Both the position numbers and the translations under genes were made by a program. A stretch of 64,000 nt of DNA from Anthoceros angustus (lineage: Eukaryota > Plantae > Anthocerotophyta): assembly GCA_010909165.1 (NCBI GenBank), contig VJWM01000220.1, forward strand, positions 1-64,000, read 5' to 3'. This document shows, piece after piece, positions 1-13,600 of this stretch. Position 1 is the first letter of the stretch; each line of letters starts with the position of its first letter. The notes beneath the pieces were generated by a model that saw nothing but the letters and a program-made list of their open reading frames with translations, was not told the DNA's origin and did not search any database.

Positions 1-954
1 CCTCATCAAATCTACGCACTTGATGACGGCGCAATCTCCTGGCGTCGAATTCCTACATGCTCATAGCTCCAACGTCCAAACAGATGCAGATTTCGCAGAT
101 CCTTCTCAGGCATCCAAGACCAATGATTTGGCTACGCGCCGCTCGATCTCACCAGCTAGATCAGCAGTCGTGGCGCCCTCGCATTTTGTGCCGATTGGTG
201 GAGAATCGCCCGGGTGCGGGTGCATCGAGGATCATGGCGGTTTTTGGCCATGTATGTGCTCGGAGCCGCAGAATTGGTGCCCCGGCCCGAACTTAAATCG
301 AGTTTCTTTTCGGTAGTTTTGACCCCGAATGAAACTCGCTGGAGTTTCTTTCACAGGGTATGAAAGCGGCTCCTCCGCTTTCTTCACATGTCCTCCTTGA
401 TATCACAGGGTTCACAGCACCCGAGCGAGGGCCCCTCGGTTAAGCTGGGACGGACTTTGGTATCTCGCCAACTCCTTATAAGTCGCCCCCTCTGCTCCCT
501 ACTAGAAAAGGCAGCCTATATTACAGCTCGTTGTTGCAATTTTATGTTACACTTCTAACTTGCAACATCATTTGGAGGCTTAGTATTAAGTTTGTCATTT
601 CTTTCCCCAAGTGGGCCTACAATCTTAACACGAACTGGCTCTCTCTCCTACCACTTCACCCTCTTAACTACATCCCTCTCTCATATGCATTGTTTATGAA
701 TTCCCTCATGCAATTGCAACATGATCAGAATAAGGACCCTCTCTCTTCTCTCCCCCATCTTTATTACACCCCATTGGGAGTACAATTAGTTAAGGTTTTT
801 CCTAGCGCTCTTCTTTGCACTCTCTTCACAACTATTTGTTAATGGTGCCGGACAATATCACAAACATGCCCATTAAGCATCACCTTTAAAGGTGACCTAA
901 ACATAATTATTTACCTATGTCTAAGTTCGTGGGTCCGAGGTCACTCTGCGTTCG

Positions 955-2170
955 GAGGCAAGGAGAAGGAGGGGAGAGGAGGAGGGGAGAGAGGTGGGGA
1001 GGAAGAGGAGGAGGAGGAAGGAGAGGCAAGGAGGAAATAGGGGAGAGGGATCCAGGAGAGGAGGAGGAGGAGGAGGAGGAGGAGGAGAGGAGGAAGGAGA
1101 GGCAATGAGGAAAGGGGAGAGGGATCGAGGTAGAGGAGGAGGAGGAGGAGGAGGAGGGGAGGCGAGAGAGGGAAGGAGGAGGAGGGAAAGCGAAGGACGG
1201 AGGGGAGATTATAAGGAGGAGGAGGGGAAGATGGAAAGAAGAGGAGCAAGAGGAGGGAGAGGGAAGGAAGAGGAGGGGAGAGGGAAGAGGAGGGGTAGAT
1301 GGAAAGGAGGAGGAGGGAGAGGGAAAGAAAGAGGCCCGTTCCATGCTGTGATTTCAAGTAAAGACCCGTTCAAGCGTTTCTAGTCTCAATTTTCTGATCG
1401 TAACCGGGTGACATGACGTAGGTGACGGATGGTGGCGGGATCACGTGTACACCGCATCTTGTACTTCTGTGATTTCCTCTCAAATTTTCAGCTGTTGCGT
1501 AACTAGCTAGTGTCATTTGATGTTAGAGAAGGCGATAGGCAAGGAGGAAAAGGGGACGGGATCCGAGGTAGATAAGGAGGAGGAGGAGGAGGCGGGAGAG
1601 TCAAGGAGGAAAAGGGGAGAGGGATCGAGGTAGAGGAGGAGGAGGTAGAGGCAAGGAGGAAAAGGGGAGAGGGATCCGAGGTAGAGGAGGAGGAGAGGCA
1701 GAGAGGTAAGGAGGAAAAGGGGAGAGGATCCGAGGTAGAGGAGGAGGAGGTAGAGGCAAGGAGGAAAAGGGGAGAGGAGGAGGTAGAGGAGGAGGAGGAG
1801 GAGGAGGAGGAGGGAGGAGGAGGAGGAGGAGGAGGAGGAGGAGGAGGAGGAGGAGGAGGAGGAGGAGGAGGAGGCAAGGAGGAAAGGGGAGAGGGATCAT
1901 ATAGAGGAGGAGGAGGAGGAGGAGGAGGAGGAGGAGGGAGGAGGAGGAGGAGGAGGAGGAGGAAATGGGGGAGAGGGATCGATATAGGAGGAGGAGGAGG
2001 GGAGGCAAGGAGGAAAGGGGAGAGGGATAGGAGGGGAGGAGGAGGAGGAGGAGGAAGGAGGAGGAGGAAGGAGGGAGGAAGGAGGGGAGATGGAAGAAGG
2101 AGGAGGAAGGAGGGGGGAAGGAGGAGATGGAAGAAGGAGGAGGGGGAGAGGGAAAGGAAGAGGAGGAGGC
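955..2170. repeat. Homopurine GA-rich minisatellite (two blocks, about 955-1333 and 1535-2170) with embedded (GGA)n microsatellite
   Basis: Recurring unit ggcaaggaggaaa(a)ggggagagggatc(c)gaggtagaggaggaggag about 10 times with variable (GGA)n; near-pure (GGA)n at about 1785-1872 and 1905-1962. Confidence 0.95.
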
Positions 2171-2600
2171 CCGTTCCATGCTGTGATTTCAAGTAGAGAC
2201 CCAATCCATGCTGTGATTTCCAGTAGAGACCCATTCCATGCTATGATTTCCACCTCAATTTTTCGATGCGTAACCACCTGACATGATGTTGGTGAAGGGA
2301 TGGTGGCAGGGCGGGATCACGTGTACGGCAAGCGGATCTTGTACTTGTAGAGCATTGCAAGGTCGTGCCAAGACCGCTCCAATCGTGATTTCCTCTCAAA
2401 TTTTCAGCTGTTGCGTAACTAGCTAGTGCGATTTGATGTTAGAGAAGGCGATAGTAGCATGGCGGGGTGTCTCGTGTACATGTACAACTGCAAGTAGTTG
2501 CAAGGTCAGGCCAAGACCCATTCCATGCTATTATTTCTTATCTCAAATTTTCAGGTGATGCGTAACCAGACTATGATGTGAAGTTAGGGAAGGCGATGGA
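1331..2600. repeat. Degenerate about 130-170 bp repeat unit interleaved with the GA blocks, plus a 30-bp tandem repeat x3 at 2170-2255
   Basis: Motif series ccatgctgtgatttc...tcaaattttc...gcgtaac...gatgt...gaaggcgat recurs at about 1340, 1468, 2240, 2385 and 2520. 1468-1537 nearly equals 2385-2454. 30-mer ccc(g/a)(t/a)tccatgct(g/a)tgatttc(a/c)agtagaga x3. Confidence 0.85.
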
Positions 2601-3113
2601 AGAAGGCAGAGGGAGGATAGGAGTGGAGCAACCAACAGCAGCCATGGTTGAGGCAAGGGCAAAAAGGCGCGTAACGGACATGAGGCAGTTGTCTAGGGGG
2701 AGAGAGAAGGAGGGAGGACTTGGAGCCAAACAACCCCACGCATAGCAAACATGGGTCCGCGTAGCACAAACTCGTAGGCACAAAAGGCACCGAGTGCTCA
2801 AGGACAAACTAGTAAACGATCGTGGGCGTGTACAAAGTATGTTTATCCGTGTGGCGATATGCTTATTTTATATAAAATAGAATATGACCATATATCACAG
2901 GAAATTACAATATAGTATATGTTACCATGAACAATACGTGTATTTTACAAAGAATGTATTCATACATGTATTTTATATATGTGTATTCATGAGTATCGGT
3001 GGAACTACTAAGTAAAACTAGGTATTCCATAGGGTAATAGTAGTAAAAGAGGAAGGTAGATGGGGAGGAGGTTCGGTACCAAGCACAAACTGTAAGAGGA
3101 TGTAACACTTTGG

Positions 3114-3320
3114 TTGTTGCAATTATGTTGAAATTTTGAGAGGGGACACAAACCACCTCTCACTACATTGCAACATAATTGCAACAAGACAATACATGTA
3201 ACAAGGTGGAGGTTGGTTTCCAAACCTAATCGTAATAAGGGGTCCCAAAAGTGTAACAAGACCCCAAGATTTTAACATAATTGCAACAAAGGGGTCCAAA
3301 TCTTAACATAATTGTAACAT
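3114..3320. repeat. 17-bp motif caacataattgcaacaa, four copies (one inverted)
   Basis: Inverted at 3114-3130 (ttgttgcaattatgttg); direct at 3171-3187, 3273-3289 and 3304-3320. Confidence 0.85.
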
Positions 3321-3719
3321 GTGCCCTTTTCTAGTAGGGTTCTTACACCTACTTGGCGTCGGCAATCAAACAAGAGCCCTTGTCGCCACGCGCCTTGGCG
3401 ACGCCATGCAATCACGCTACCTTTATGAGCAAGCAGGTGCCGCTCAAGAGCTGTTTCAGTTGGAGTGTCGACATCTTTGGGATCATCTTCACCAGCTTTC
3501 TGAGTCAGTGCAATCCGCTGCTCAAGCGGTTCAGCACCTTTCAACTGTCTATGCCCCTAATGATCGTGGCATAGTTCACTGGGCTATTTGACTTTACTCT
3601 TTGTCTTCATAATATTTCTGCTCATCAAGTTTTCTCATAAAACTATATTAGAAGCCCCTTCGGCTGCAGTCATAACTTACAGTCGGTGTTCCTTCTTTTA
3701 TATTATTATATTACAGCTT

Positions 3720-6700
3720 GATTATCAGAACTATGGCATCGACGTCCTCTTCTTTGACGACGCCACCTACACCAATTATTAATTATATGAATGTTTCTTC
3801 TGAATTCAAAGAAAAAGACCGTTTTGACGGCACAAAGTTTGAGATATGGGCCAAGCGTATGCGTTCCATACTCAACACTCGTGACTTGCTTGGCATAGTG
3901 GATGGCACCATTCAACGGCCTGTTGGTCCCTCTGCTGCTCTCGACTCTTGGGTCAAACAAGACAGGCTTGCACTTCACATTCTTATTTCAGGCCTTGACG
4001 AAGTTACCCTACATCATACTGATGGGGCTACTACTGCTGCAGAGGCTTGGCGGCAGCTAGTAGATATTTTTCAATCTACCAATGTTATGACATTATGTAT
4101 GTAATCTAATTTTATTCTTACGCATGCATAATAATGAGAGCATTGGTACTTATGTTGGGAAGTTTCGATATCTTCGGCCCAGCTTGCGCTTTAGGCACCC
4201 CTTATCGAATTTGAAGCTTGTGTCCAACTCGGCCTCCCTTCCCGCCACTTTCAAGCCTCTCGTAATGGCACCTCGAGAGGCTCATCAGTAAAGGCGGCAG
4301 ACACCCAACATTTCCATCTCCGAAATTGCCGGCGCCTCCTTCAAGAGGAGGCTTCAGATTCAACGCCGACTTCAAGCATGGTGGTGAACGAGTGTTCGTT
4401 AGCAAAGGCCGTCAACGCTCGCGAATGACGTGCCTCCTCCTCCACCGAGAGACGGCCTTCACTGCGCCTCGGCTCCGCGTCCTTCCTTCTCCAAGCTCGG
4501 TGGTTCCGCAAGCCGGTACTTGCAACTGTGCGATTCGCCACTGAGCCGACCGAGAAGAAAGCCGGTGAGCCTCGACTTCCAAGTCTCGCCAATATGGCCT
4601 CGACCTCTCAAACAGCCGACATTGCCCTCACACCGCTTGGTAGCCAATACAAGACCTCTTGGCTATTGGACTCACCGCTCCGCATATTTGCTGCCATCAC
4701 CATATGTTTTCTCGATTATCTCCTCAAGATCAACGCTTTTGTTCTTCTCGGCGATGACTCGGCCTTACTATTAACGGCACTTATTTTTACTCTTGAAGAT
4801 GGTTCATCCTTCTTTTAAGTGATGTGCTACATGTTCCGCAAATGGCGAAGAATCTTATCTCCGTCCGCACACTTGGTGAAGGACGGTACTTTCGCTAGAG
4901 TTTGCGAGGCGATTGCCTCCTCACAAGATCTGTTGCTCGGTCGGCGTGGTTGCTAGAGGTCGTCCGGCATGACCTCTATGTCTTCTCCGTACTGATCACG
5001 CCTCGACCACGCCCCGCCATGGCCATCGTCGAGAGGAGTTCTCGCAAAGGTGACTCCTATTATGGCATTCTCGGCTTGGACATATTAATCATGATAAGCT
5101 TTTAGAGATGTCTAGGCATGATTTATTTAGGGATAAGCTACCACACTTTTCATAGACTCCACCGTTATATGAACCTTATATATATGCTAAACAACGTAGC
5201 TTCCCCTATCCTACTCTACTTTGCCCGTCGAGCTACTCAGCCCTTGGAGTTGGTCCATGTTGATCTTTGTGGTCCACTCCTAGTCCCTTCATTTGGCAAC
5301 GCACTGCACTTTATGACTATTGTTGATGACTATAGTCGCTATACCTTTGCTATTCCGCTCAAGTTGAAGAGTGATTCCTTCGGCCCTTTTACTCCTTTTG
5401 TCACTATGGTATAGCCGGTTGCAAGCTTGATTGCATTAGATCGACAATGCGGAGAATTAAATAACCGCAATTTAAGGACTTCATCTTGAGAGGGATTATC
5501 CGTCGGTTCACGGTTCCTATACTTCTCGTAATGGGGTTCTTGAAAAGGCCAGCGGCGATCTCGCCATGGCCGCCATGCCAGCCGCGCTCCTCCCAAACCC
5601 TTGGCGGCGGTTATCTGCGGCGTATCTCCAGGGTTCTTTCCAAGTCGGTTCTGGCGGACACCCTTTGAGTCCCGGCATGGATATAAGCCTCTTATTACTC
5701 ATCTTGGATTTTTGGCTGCCCGCCTATGCTAATATTCCTTCGACGACAAGCTTTACCTCGCCATAGTGGTATTTATTTACTATGGCGAGGACCGTAAGGC
5801 TTATAAAGTGGTTGACTTGGATACCCATGCTATTGTATATGCTCGCTGTCACTTTTGATGAGGCTCGGTTAGCATCTGCGTTACGAGTCCATGGATTACC
5901 GGCTCCTTCGACACGCTTCCGACCAGGTGACCTTATGCACGAGTTTTGACTCACCTCTGTTTTCCCGGACTACGGTCACCGCGCTCCATCACGGCCTCTT
6001 CACCTCAAGCGGCACCTATACCTATTATTCCACCCGAGAGGGGAAGATGAGCGCCATTGTTGATCCTTATGAAAGCGAGGACTTTGGTGCTCTTAATTCA
6101 CAAGACCCGAGGCGGTTCCTGCTCCACCTTCTCCCGTAACACTTGATCCGGCCGGCGAAGGTATCCTTCGGCGTCATCACCGAGACACCTCGGTGAGATC
6201 CCTTTGATTTAGAGTTCAATCAAGTGGCTACACCACCGCTGCAGTCATTTCGCCTTTGATGTTGCCCTTGAGAGGAGATCCTCTCACTCTTCAAGAGGCA
6301 TATTCGATGCGGCTAAGTGGAAGTTTGCTATTGATGATGAATATAATTCTCTTATCAAAACAATACGGACTCTAGTAAACTTGAAAAGGCGTAACTCATC
6401 AAATGCAAGTGGGTTCTCAAAACTAAATTCCGGAGGTTGAACCTCGTATTCGCTATAAGGCGAGACTAGTGGCTAAGGGTTATAGTCGAAAGAGGGAGTG
6501 GACTATCGGCGATAAGGTATATTCACATAGTCAAGTGCTTGTGAGAATGCTCCAGCTTTATGTCTTAATGGAAATTTATTGCTTGATGTTTGTCTTGCTT
6601 TCCTTTATGGTCATCAAGAAGAGATCTATATGGATCAACGAAGACTATGAGGATGAGCAATACCCAAACAAGGTGTGTAAACTTATTCGTTCTATTTACG

Positions 6701-8100
6701 GACTAAAGCAAAGCCCACGTTTATGGTATGAGAATGGACTCTTACCTCAAGAAGATAGGGTTTATCCAAAGTGAAGCGACACCAATATCTATGTACTTCA
6801 TGAGGACTCCCTTGTCTTGGTTGCACTATATGTTGATGACTTAGTTATTCCCGGCAACAATATTGAACTAGTTAACAAGATTAAAGTGACCTTAGTAAAG
6901 AATTCGAGATGAAGGATCTCGGCAAAGTTAAATATATTCTTGGTATGCATGTACATAGAGATACCACGGTGCTATCTATCTCCATCAAGGAAGATATGTA
7001 GGTATGTTAAAACGCTTCAATTTGGAGAATGCCGCACGCACACAGCCGTAGGAGTTAAACTACTCACACAATCGAGCAGGAAAAGAAAGAGATGGAAAAT
7101 ATTCCTTATCGTATGGGAGTTGGTACTCTCATGTTCTTGAGTAATGGACAGACTGATATCTCAAATCATAAATGCTATTGCTCGCCTCGGAGAATCCGGA
7201 AAGGATCACGGGTTGCTCTCAAGCGCATCATGCGGTACCTCAAGGGTACTCCAAATTATGGCCTCTGCTTCAAGCCTAGCGGAAAGAAGCATCTCACATC
7301 GACATGCTTTGTCGATGCAGATTGGGCTTGACGACACCGAAAAGTATCTCAAAGATATTGCTTTCCGGCTCCATTGTTAATTGGTCTTGTAGAAAACAAG
7401 CTGCAATATCACTTTCATCAATGTAATCGAGTACAAAGCACTCACAAGCCACGAAAGAGGCCGAATGGGAAAGAAAGCTATGTGAAGATTTGGATATGAA
7501 GGCGGCCAATAAAGGCTTAATTGTGACAATATGTCGCCATTGCTCTTGTCGCTAATGTCTTTCATGCGCGCACAAGCATATTGAGATTCAACACCATTAT
7601 ATTCGTGACGCCGAGAGGAATTGTTAAGGTAGATGTATATTTACAATACAGCAGATATCCGACAAAATCCTTGCCAGTTCAACACCGCCCACAGAGAAGG
7701 GCTTGGATTGGTTGGTACTTTTGAAGTCGGACCGACCACACATTTGGTGAGGCGATCTTATCTCGAGCGTTCGATTACTTGAAGTTGACTATTGTAGACC
7801 GCTTGCTTCAATCTTACTTATGACGGTGACGATCGGTGAGTTGAGTTTAGTTGAAGACCGTAGTACTTATACAATACTCCAAATGCAAATGATTATTAGT
7901 TCTTTGATTTAGATAACCCAACTTAGTCGAGAGGAGAGTTAGAAATCGGATGCGTTGGTTATGGTTACCTTAGCTAAACCCATGGTCATACCCTTTGGTA
8001 TCTAGTACCAAGAGGTACAACTCTTGAACCACTAAAAGCCCACCTCTTGTAATCAATTGTATCAATTAGTAAAGCACTATCTTTGATCAAACGCCTGGCA
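3720..8100 (+). mobile_element. Ty1/copia LTR retrotransposon A, degenerate; 5' LTR not identifiable
   Basis: Gag (DRFDGTKFEIWAKRMRSIL, from 3733), protease (WLLDS), integrase (PLELVHVDLCGP...IVDDYSRY), RT (RSIYGLKQSPRLWY, tatgttgatgac=YVDD near 6829), RNase H (FVDADWA) in copia order. Purine tract gagaggagag at about 7929-7938, then LTR-like DNA to about 8100. Confidence 0.9.
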
Positions 8101-8109
8101 CCTCAAAGT

Positions 8110-10501
8110 GGCTAGGGTGCTACATCGTTAACACTCCCACTTAGCGCCTAGCTCTTAGGTTCTATGACCTTTCTTAAGCTATTATATATGTGGTAAGCTT
8201 CTTAATCCCATGTTGAAGGAATGTTCTTGGTGCTTCACTTTGCCGAGTGCCTTTGTTATCATCATCTCCGTTAGGCGATGAGGACTATAAATTTCATAAG
8301 CTCACGACTTGTCTTATAAAATGAAATTGTACCTCCACGTGTTTTGTTCGGATTTTGAATTTTATGGGTTAGCGAAATAGCCCCTGATTGTCGCAATGCA
8401 AGGGTCTTGGTATTTGCTGGATTTCTCCTAACTCGCAAGCTCGTAAAGTAGTCCTTCCTTGCATGCGTGGGTTAAGGAGCGATTTCAGCCGTGGTGGTGA
8501 GACTGCTTCTTGTTTTGCTCGACTTTTGTCCGAGTAAGAAGACATAGCTGCTTATGCTCTTCTGTTGTCTCTGCCTGGCATCAACGAACCCCTCGAGTTG
8601 TAGATGTTGGTCCTGTTGGATTTGAGAATGATAAAGTAATCCCATATCTGGGGTTGCTCTCAAATATCTGAAGATCCTCTTTACTGCCTTCCAATAAACT
8701 TGAGTAGGAGCGGATAAGAACTTAAATAAAGCTCCCACTGAAAATGCAAGGTCTGGTCTAGTGCAGACCATTAAATACATTAAACTTCCGAGGGCGGAAG
8801 AGTAAGGCACCTCGTCGGTGCTATGATCATTGGCATCATATTCTTGTTCATCATCCTCGCTTAGCTTTTAGTTAGTTTCATGGGTGTAGAAATAGGCTTA
8901 GAATCTATCATTTTGTACTTAACTAAAATCTCTTGTATGTATTTAGACTGATGGATGAATAAACTTCTAGCGCTTTCTATCTCTAACAATTTGAATACCT
9001 AGGCAAAAGGAAAGCTCTCGACATGTAGTCATTGAGAATCGCCAGTGAAGCATTTCTCGAGTGTTTTCTAGGACGTGCTTTGAGTTAGACATTAGTACGA
9101 TATCATCAACGAGACGCCTAGAACAATAAAATGACCATTAAGTCTATTGATATAGATATTGCTATCCGAGCTTAGTCTAGTGAAGCCCAGTCCCCTAAGG
9201 GTGACATCTAATTTTCATACCATTCAAGAGCACTTTGTTTGAGGTCAGAAGTTTGTCATCCAGCTCCTAAAGTGCATGGTATGTTGATCCACACAGTCGG
9301 TCTCACATTCGTCAGAAGAAAATAATAATGTGCATTATGCATAATGTCTACGTTGAGGCATATATGTCGTACTGTTTCCAAGCTTCACCGCGGTCTCTAC
9401 CGGATTTCTTCGGCGTTCCCGACCTCATGGATTGCATGAGGATGTTTTTAACTGTTGGTTTTATCTTCCTCCTCTTTCTCTCTGCCGCATGGCGGTGGAT
9501 GCTGGTTGTGCTTTGACGGAGGGTTTCCAACGCCACCAACGTGGGCCCATAGCTTACGCTCTTTCAAAATTTCGTATTCAGAAATTTCCAAAGCAGTGAG
9601 TGTCTTTGTTGGCCATCGGCGGTCCTCTTCGACAGTGATGGAGGATGTGGCCATTGTGGTAAGTGCTATAGATTGGCTGCTTAGAGGGTGATAAGCTGTG
9701 TGCCTAAGTATACATGTGGTTTCTACTTGGAGGTGAGTAGAATTTTATAAAAGTCTGAGTGGTATTGGGAGTATTGGCCTCTAAGTGCTGCAGTTCGAAT
9801 GATGTTGTTTTGAAATTCTCCAATTTCGGTGTTGAGGCAAGATGTAGAGGTTGTCGGTGAGCACTCGGCACTTTGAGGAGGCGCTTTGTCTGCAGAGGTT
9901 TTGTAGGCTTATATTATGGATTCCTTAACTTGTGCTGGATCAATTGGGGTGTGCACATCAATCGTAGTTGTAAACCTGATCATTGTGTGTTGTTTGGTAC
10001 CTTTTATTGTGTGTAGAGAAAGAGAGGTGTACGTATGCCCAATCATAGTCACGTGGGTGACAAAGCCTCTCAAGTATAGTTCTTCAGCAATTACAAGAAG
10101 CACGGAGTGTGTCCGGATCTGCATAGTGCCATAGGTTTCCTTCGCTTCCTTCGTAGCGCTTCTATGGCTTCTTTGAATTTCGTGGTTTGAGCAATTCTAT
10201 TTGCTCTTGAGCATACGCCTCCTCGTAAGCCCGCATGCTTATAGATATTTATGTCTCATTGTTATGTGCTGTAGATATCGGTGCGGTGGCGCCCCGCCCG
10301 ATACCATGTGAAGGTCGCATATGGACCGGGATCGATTGTTCGTGAATGGATTGAATCATAAGCATGGAGCGTATGCTCAAATACACAAGGGCTGTGCCCA
10401 AGCGTCATGTGTTGTAACCGCCACGTGACGCTTCGTTATGTGCCTATTAAGTTCGCTTATGTGAATCGTGCCCTAAGGGCTAGGGTGCTACATACGTTAA
10501 T
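8110..10501 (-). mobile_element. Ty1/copia element B, internally deleted (gag N-terminus fused to RT C-terminus/RNase H); 3' LTR truncated
   Basis: 5' LTR 10307-10501 with PBS (gatacca on +) adjacent. 24-bp LTR remnant plus PPT at 8110-8140. RT PYSSALGSLMYLMVCTRPDLAF at 8472-8810. Gag start MATSSITVEE at 9654. No protease or integrase. Confidence 0.9.
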
Positions 10502-10615
10502 GCATCAAGGTAGCCGTGTTTGCCGACATTGGACCTATTGTATGATTAATTCTTTGCATACATGTCTCCGGGCTTTGAATAGCTGTAGGACCTTGCCTTG
10601 AATGTGGCGAGGCGG

Positions 10616-13600
10616 TGTGAAGGCACATGGATTTCACGGAAGCGTAGAACAAAAGTGTATGAACTGAAAAGTGAACAACGACAATGTTTGAAGAGCATAT
10701 AAAAGTAGTTAGTAAAACTGAATCTAAGATGCCTATTCATATCATAGTAACTTAAGTAATGATTAAAGTATAATCTTCAAACGTGCCCTAACTAGGGCTC
10801 TAATAGCCATAACCTCTACACTCCCACTCACGCTTGAAGCAACATGAATGAGACTAACAATCTAACACGTCCAGTTCACTCTTGATAAGAACATAAATGT
10901 ATAGCAAGTTAGCGTATGTGCGAAGAGCTCCCACTTAAGATGAACCATTTGATAAGTCCACAAGGCCTAAAGCGTAAGAGAAATCGGTGCTTGGCCTTGG
11001 ATAAACCTTTGTAAATATATCTGCGGTTCTCCTCGTTGGGATGTACTCAATAGTTACCCGATGCTCGAGACTAGTCTAATAAAATGATGATAAACGCCTA
11101 TATGCTTAGTCCGAGCATGGTACTTGGCATTCTTGGTTAAAGCTATTGCCGACATATTGTCGCAATGCAACAAGGTAGGTGAGTCCTGAGCTTGATCCAT
11201 CTCCGCTAATAAGAACCTTCTAGCAACAGCTTCCTTGCCCGCAAGTGTTAAGGAAGCATACTCACTCTCAGTTGAGCTAAGAGACACACTCAGTAGAGAG
11301 TCCCAATATCCTTCATCTTGTACTTGGAACTAAGAGTGGTCTTCACTGTTGATAATAACTCCTGGCTATTAGTAGCAATTATGATGTCGTCCACATATAA
11401 AGCAATAATAACCAGCTTTCCATCTTTGCGTAGGAAATATACATTCTCATCAGAATTAAACGATAAGGGTACCATCAATATCAGCATACCACTTCAAAGG
11501 AGATTGCTTGAGTCCATAAATACACCTTAAGAGTCTACAAACTAAGTCCTTTGTTTTAGGATCTATAAACCCTTGAGTTGTTCCATGTAAATCAGCTCCT
11601 CTAATTTACCATATAGAAAAGCCGTTGTAACATCCATTTGTTGTGAGTCTAAATCTAACTCAACCGCTAATGCTAACAAGTATCTTATAGTCGCAACTTA
11701 ACTACGGTGAAAATGTTTCATGATAATCAACACCGAACTTGGCTATACCCCTTTGCACACAAAGCGTGCCTTGTAACGCTCTACACTACCATCCGCTTTC
11801 AATTTAATGCGAAATACCACTTACATTGTATAGGCTTTCTACCATAAGGAAGCTTAACTAATTCCCAAGTATTATTTTCTATTAGACTATTATACTGATT
11901 GAATAGCTGCCTCCCACTTCTCCTTGTCGAGTCCGACAAAGCCTCTTCACGTGTAGCGGGTTCAATAAGATCCGTGGTCGCTATGTAAGCTTGGACTAAA
12001 GAGGCATGTCCGGAAGTTAAAATATTGACATCTAAACTAGGATCATTTTCTGAATTAGGTAAAGGCAACTAAAGAATTATTGTTTTGGGTGTTTGAAATG
12101 GGTGGTGCAAAAGCAGGGCAACGGGCTCCGAGGATGGATTGGGGCACATATTCGTGTGCAAGGAGGAGGTCGCGTGACCGGATGTGCGCCAGTGCAGCAC
12201 GCGAGGAGGCGCCTCCCTAGGTGCCGTGTGTGCACCTTCAAGGTGTCTGGCTCAAGCCTGGTGGTGCGCGTCCTTGTGGATCGACGCACGGCGCCGCAGC
12301 GCTGTGAGGAAGATGCTCGTGCATCGACCAGCGATTGAATTCACGATGTCGCGGCCAAATCGTGAGGATCAGCCTGCGGATGTGTGGGATTAAGCGCTGC
12401 AGTGCGGCGGATTAGGTGGGTCTGGTTGAGCAGCTCGGGGGAGGTCGGGATCCGAGGAGGTGCAGCCGTGCATGTGGAGTGGGTATCGAATGGGCGGCCT
12501 TGTGCGGTGTGTGCGGTTGCGCTCCCATGATCCTCGGACTCCCACTCGGGGTTGTTGGTCAATCGCTCCACTCACATCGCAAGGTCGAATCCAAAGGAAT
12601 TGCAACCTTGCTGGATCTCTTCGGGCGTTGCGGGATGGTCCATTTCTCTCCCTCTGCTCCATTGCTCGTCAATAATCACACTCCTTGAATAAGTGACCAG
12701 AGTCTCGGGTTCACCGCTTATATCCCTTGAGTCCTTCAAGATAGCCCACAAACAAAGATCTTGCTGGCCTTGTCGTCAAGCCGAAGTTGTTTGGGAATGT
12801 GTGCATATGCAGTGCCTTGAAAATACGAAGATGCAGCAGATTGGGTTTACGACTGACCAGCCCTCATAAGGAGTGACACCCGATGTGAGGTTGGAAGTCG
12901 GTTCTTGATGTAAGTCGCCGTTGAAAATAGCCAATATGTGTAGAGAGATCCAGGCGGGCTGGCTCGAGCGGCTTCAACAAGCCATTGATGGCTTCGGCCA
13001 CGCCGTTTGAGCTTGAGAATAAGGTACACTTCTGCATGATTATGCCTCGGGAGTTGCACAGATGTGCAAAGGCACCACGAACTCCCTCCACCATCTGTCG
13101 CCGCCTTTCAGCATTAAGTTGTCGTTCATGTTAATATACTCAAGAAATCATCCGCAGCTTCGACTTATGCCGTAGAAAATATGTGTGAGTCATTACGGTG
13201 GCGTCGTCAATAGGCATGAAATAAAGGACTGATTAAAAGAAGCAATCGCATAGGACCACATAGGTCGTGGACCGATTCTAATGGATGTTGCTCGTGTTGC
13301 GGACCAAGAGGATAGGGGCTACACGGCTCTTGGCATACACACATGATTCACAAAATGGCAAAGGAGACAACGAGGTAGGGATTAAAGTGCAGTTGCTTTG
13401 GTGAGTTACCAACTTACGTGAGTTAACATGTGCTAGCCTATGGTGCCATAGCATGCATTGCTTAGGCTGAGTTAAATTGGCAATGTTGGTAGCAGTGTTG
13501 GGGATGACATCTATCCTGTATGGGTCATTGAAGGTCGACCAATGCGAGACATGACACACTAGGAGGACTAACTGTCCTGTCGGATCATGCAGTGTCTCAG

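Noticed and set aside
2170-2255. 30-bp repeats resembling a CRISPR array
   Set aside because: Repeats are adjacent with no unique spacers, no cas genes, eukaryotic context.
907-2281. Pro/Ser/Leu/Gly-rich ORFs resembling extensins or glycine-rich proteins
   Set aside because: Open in several frames because (GGA)n/(TCC)n has no stops; no signal peptide or regular SPPPP-Y periodicity.
3320-3720. 5' LTR of copia A
   Set aside because: No match to the putative 3' LTR at 7939-8100; only a weak PBS-like tgattatcagaac.
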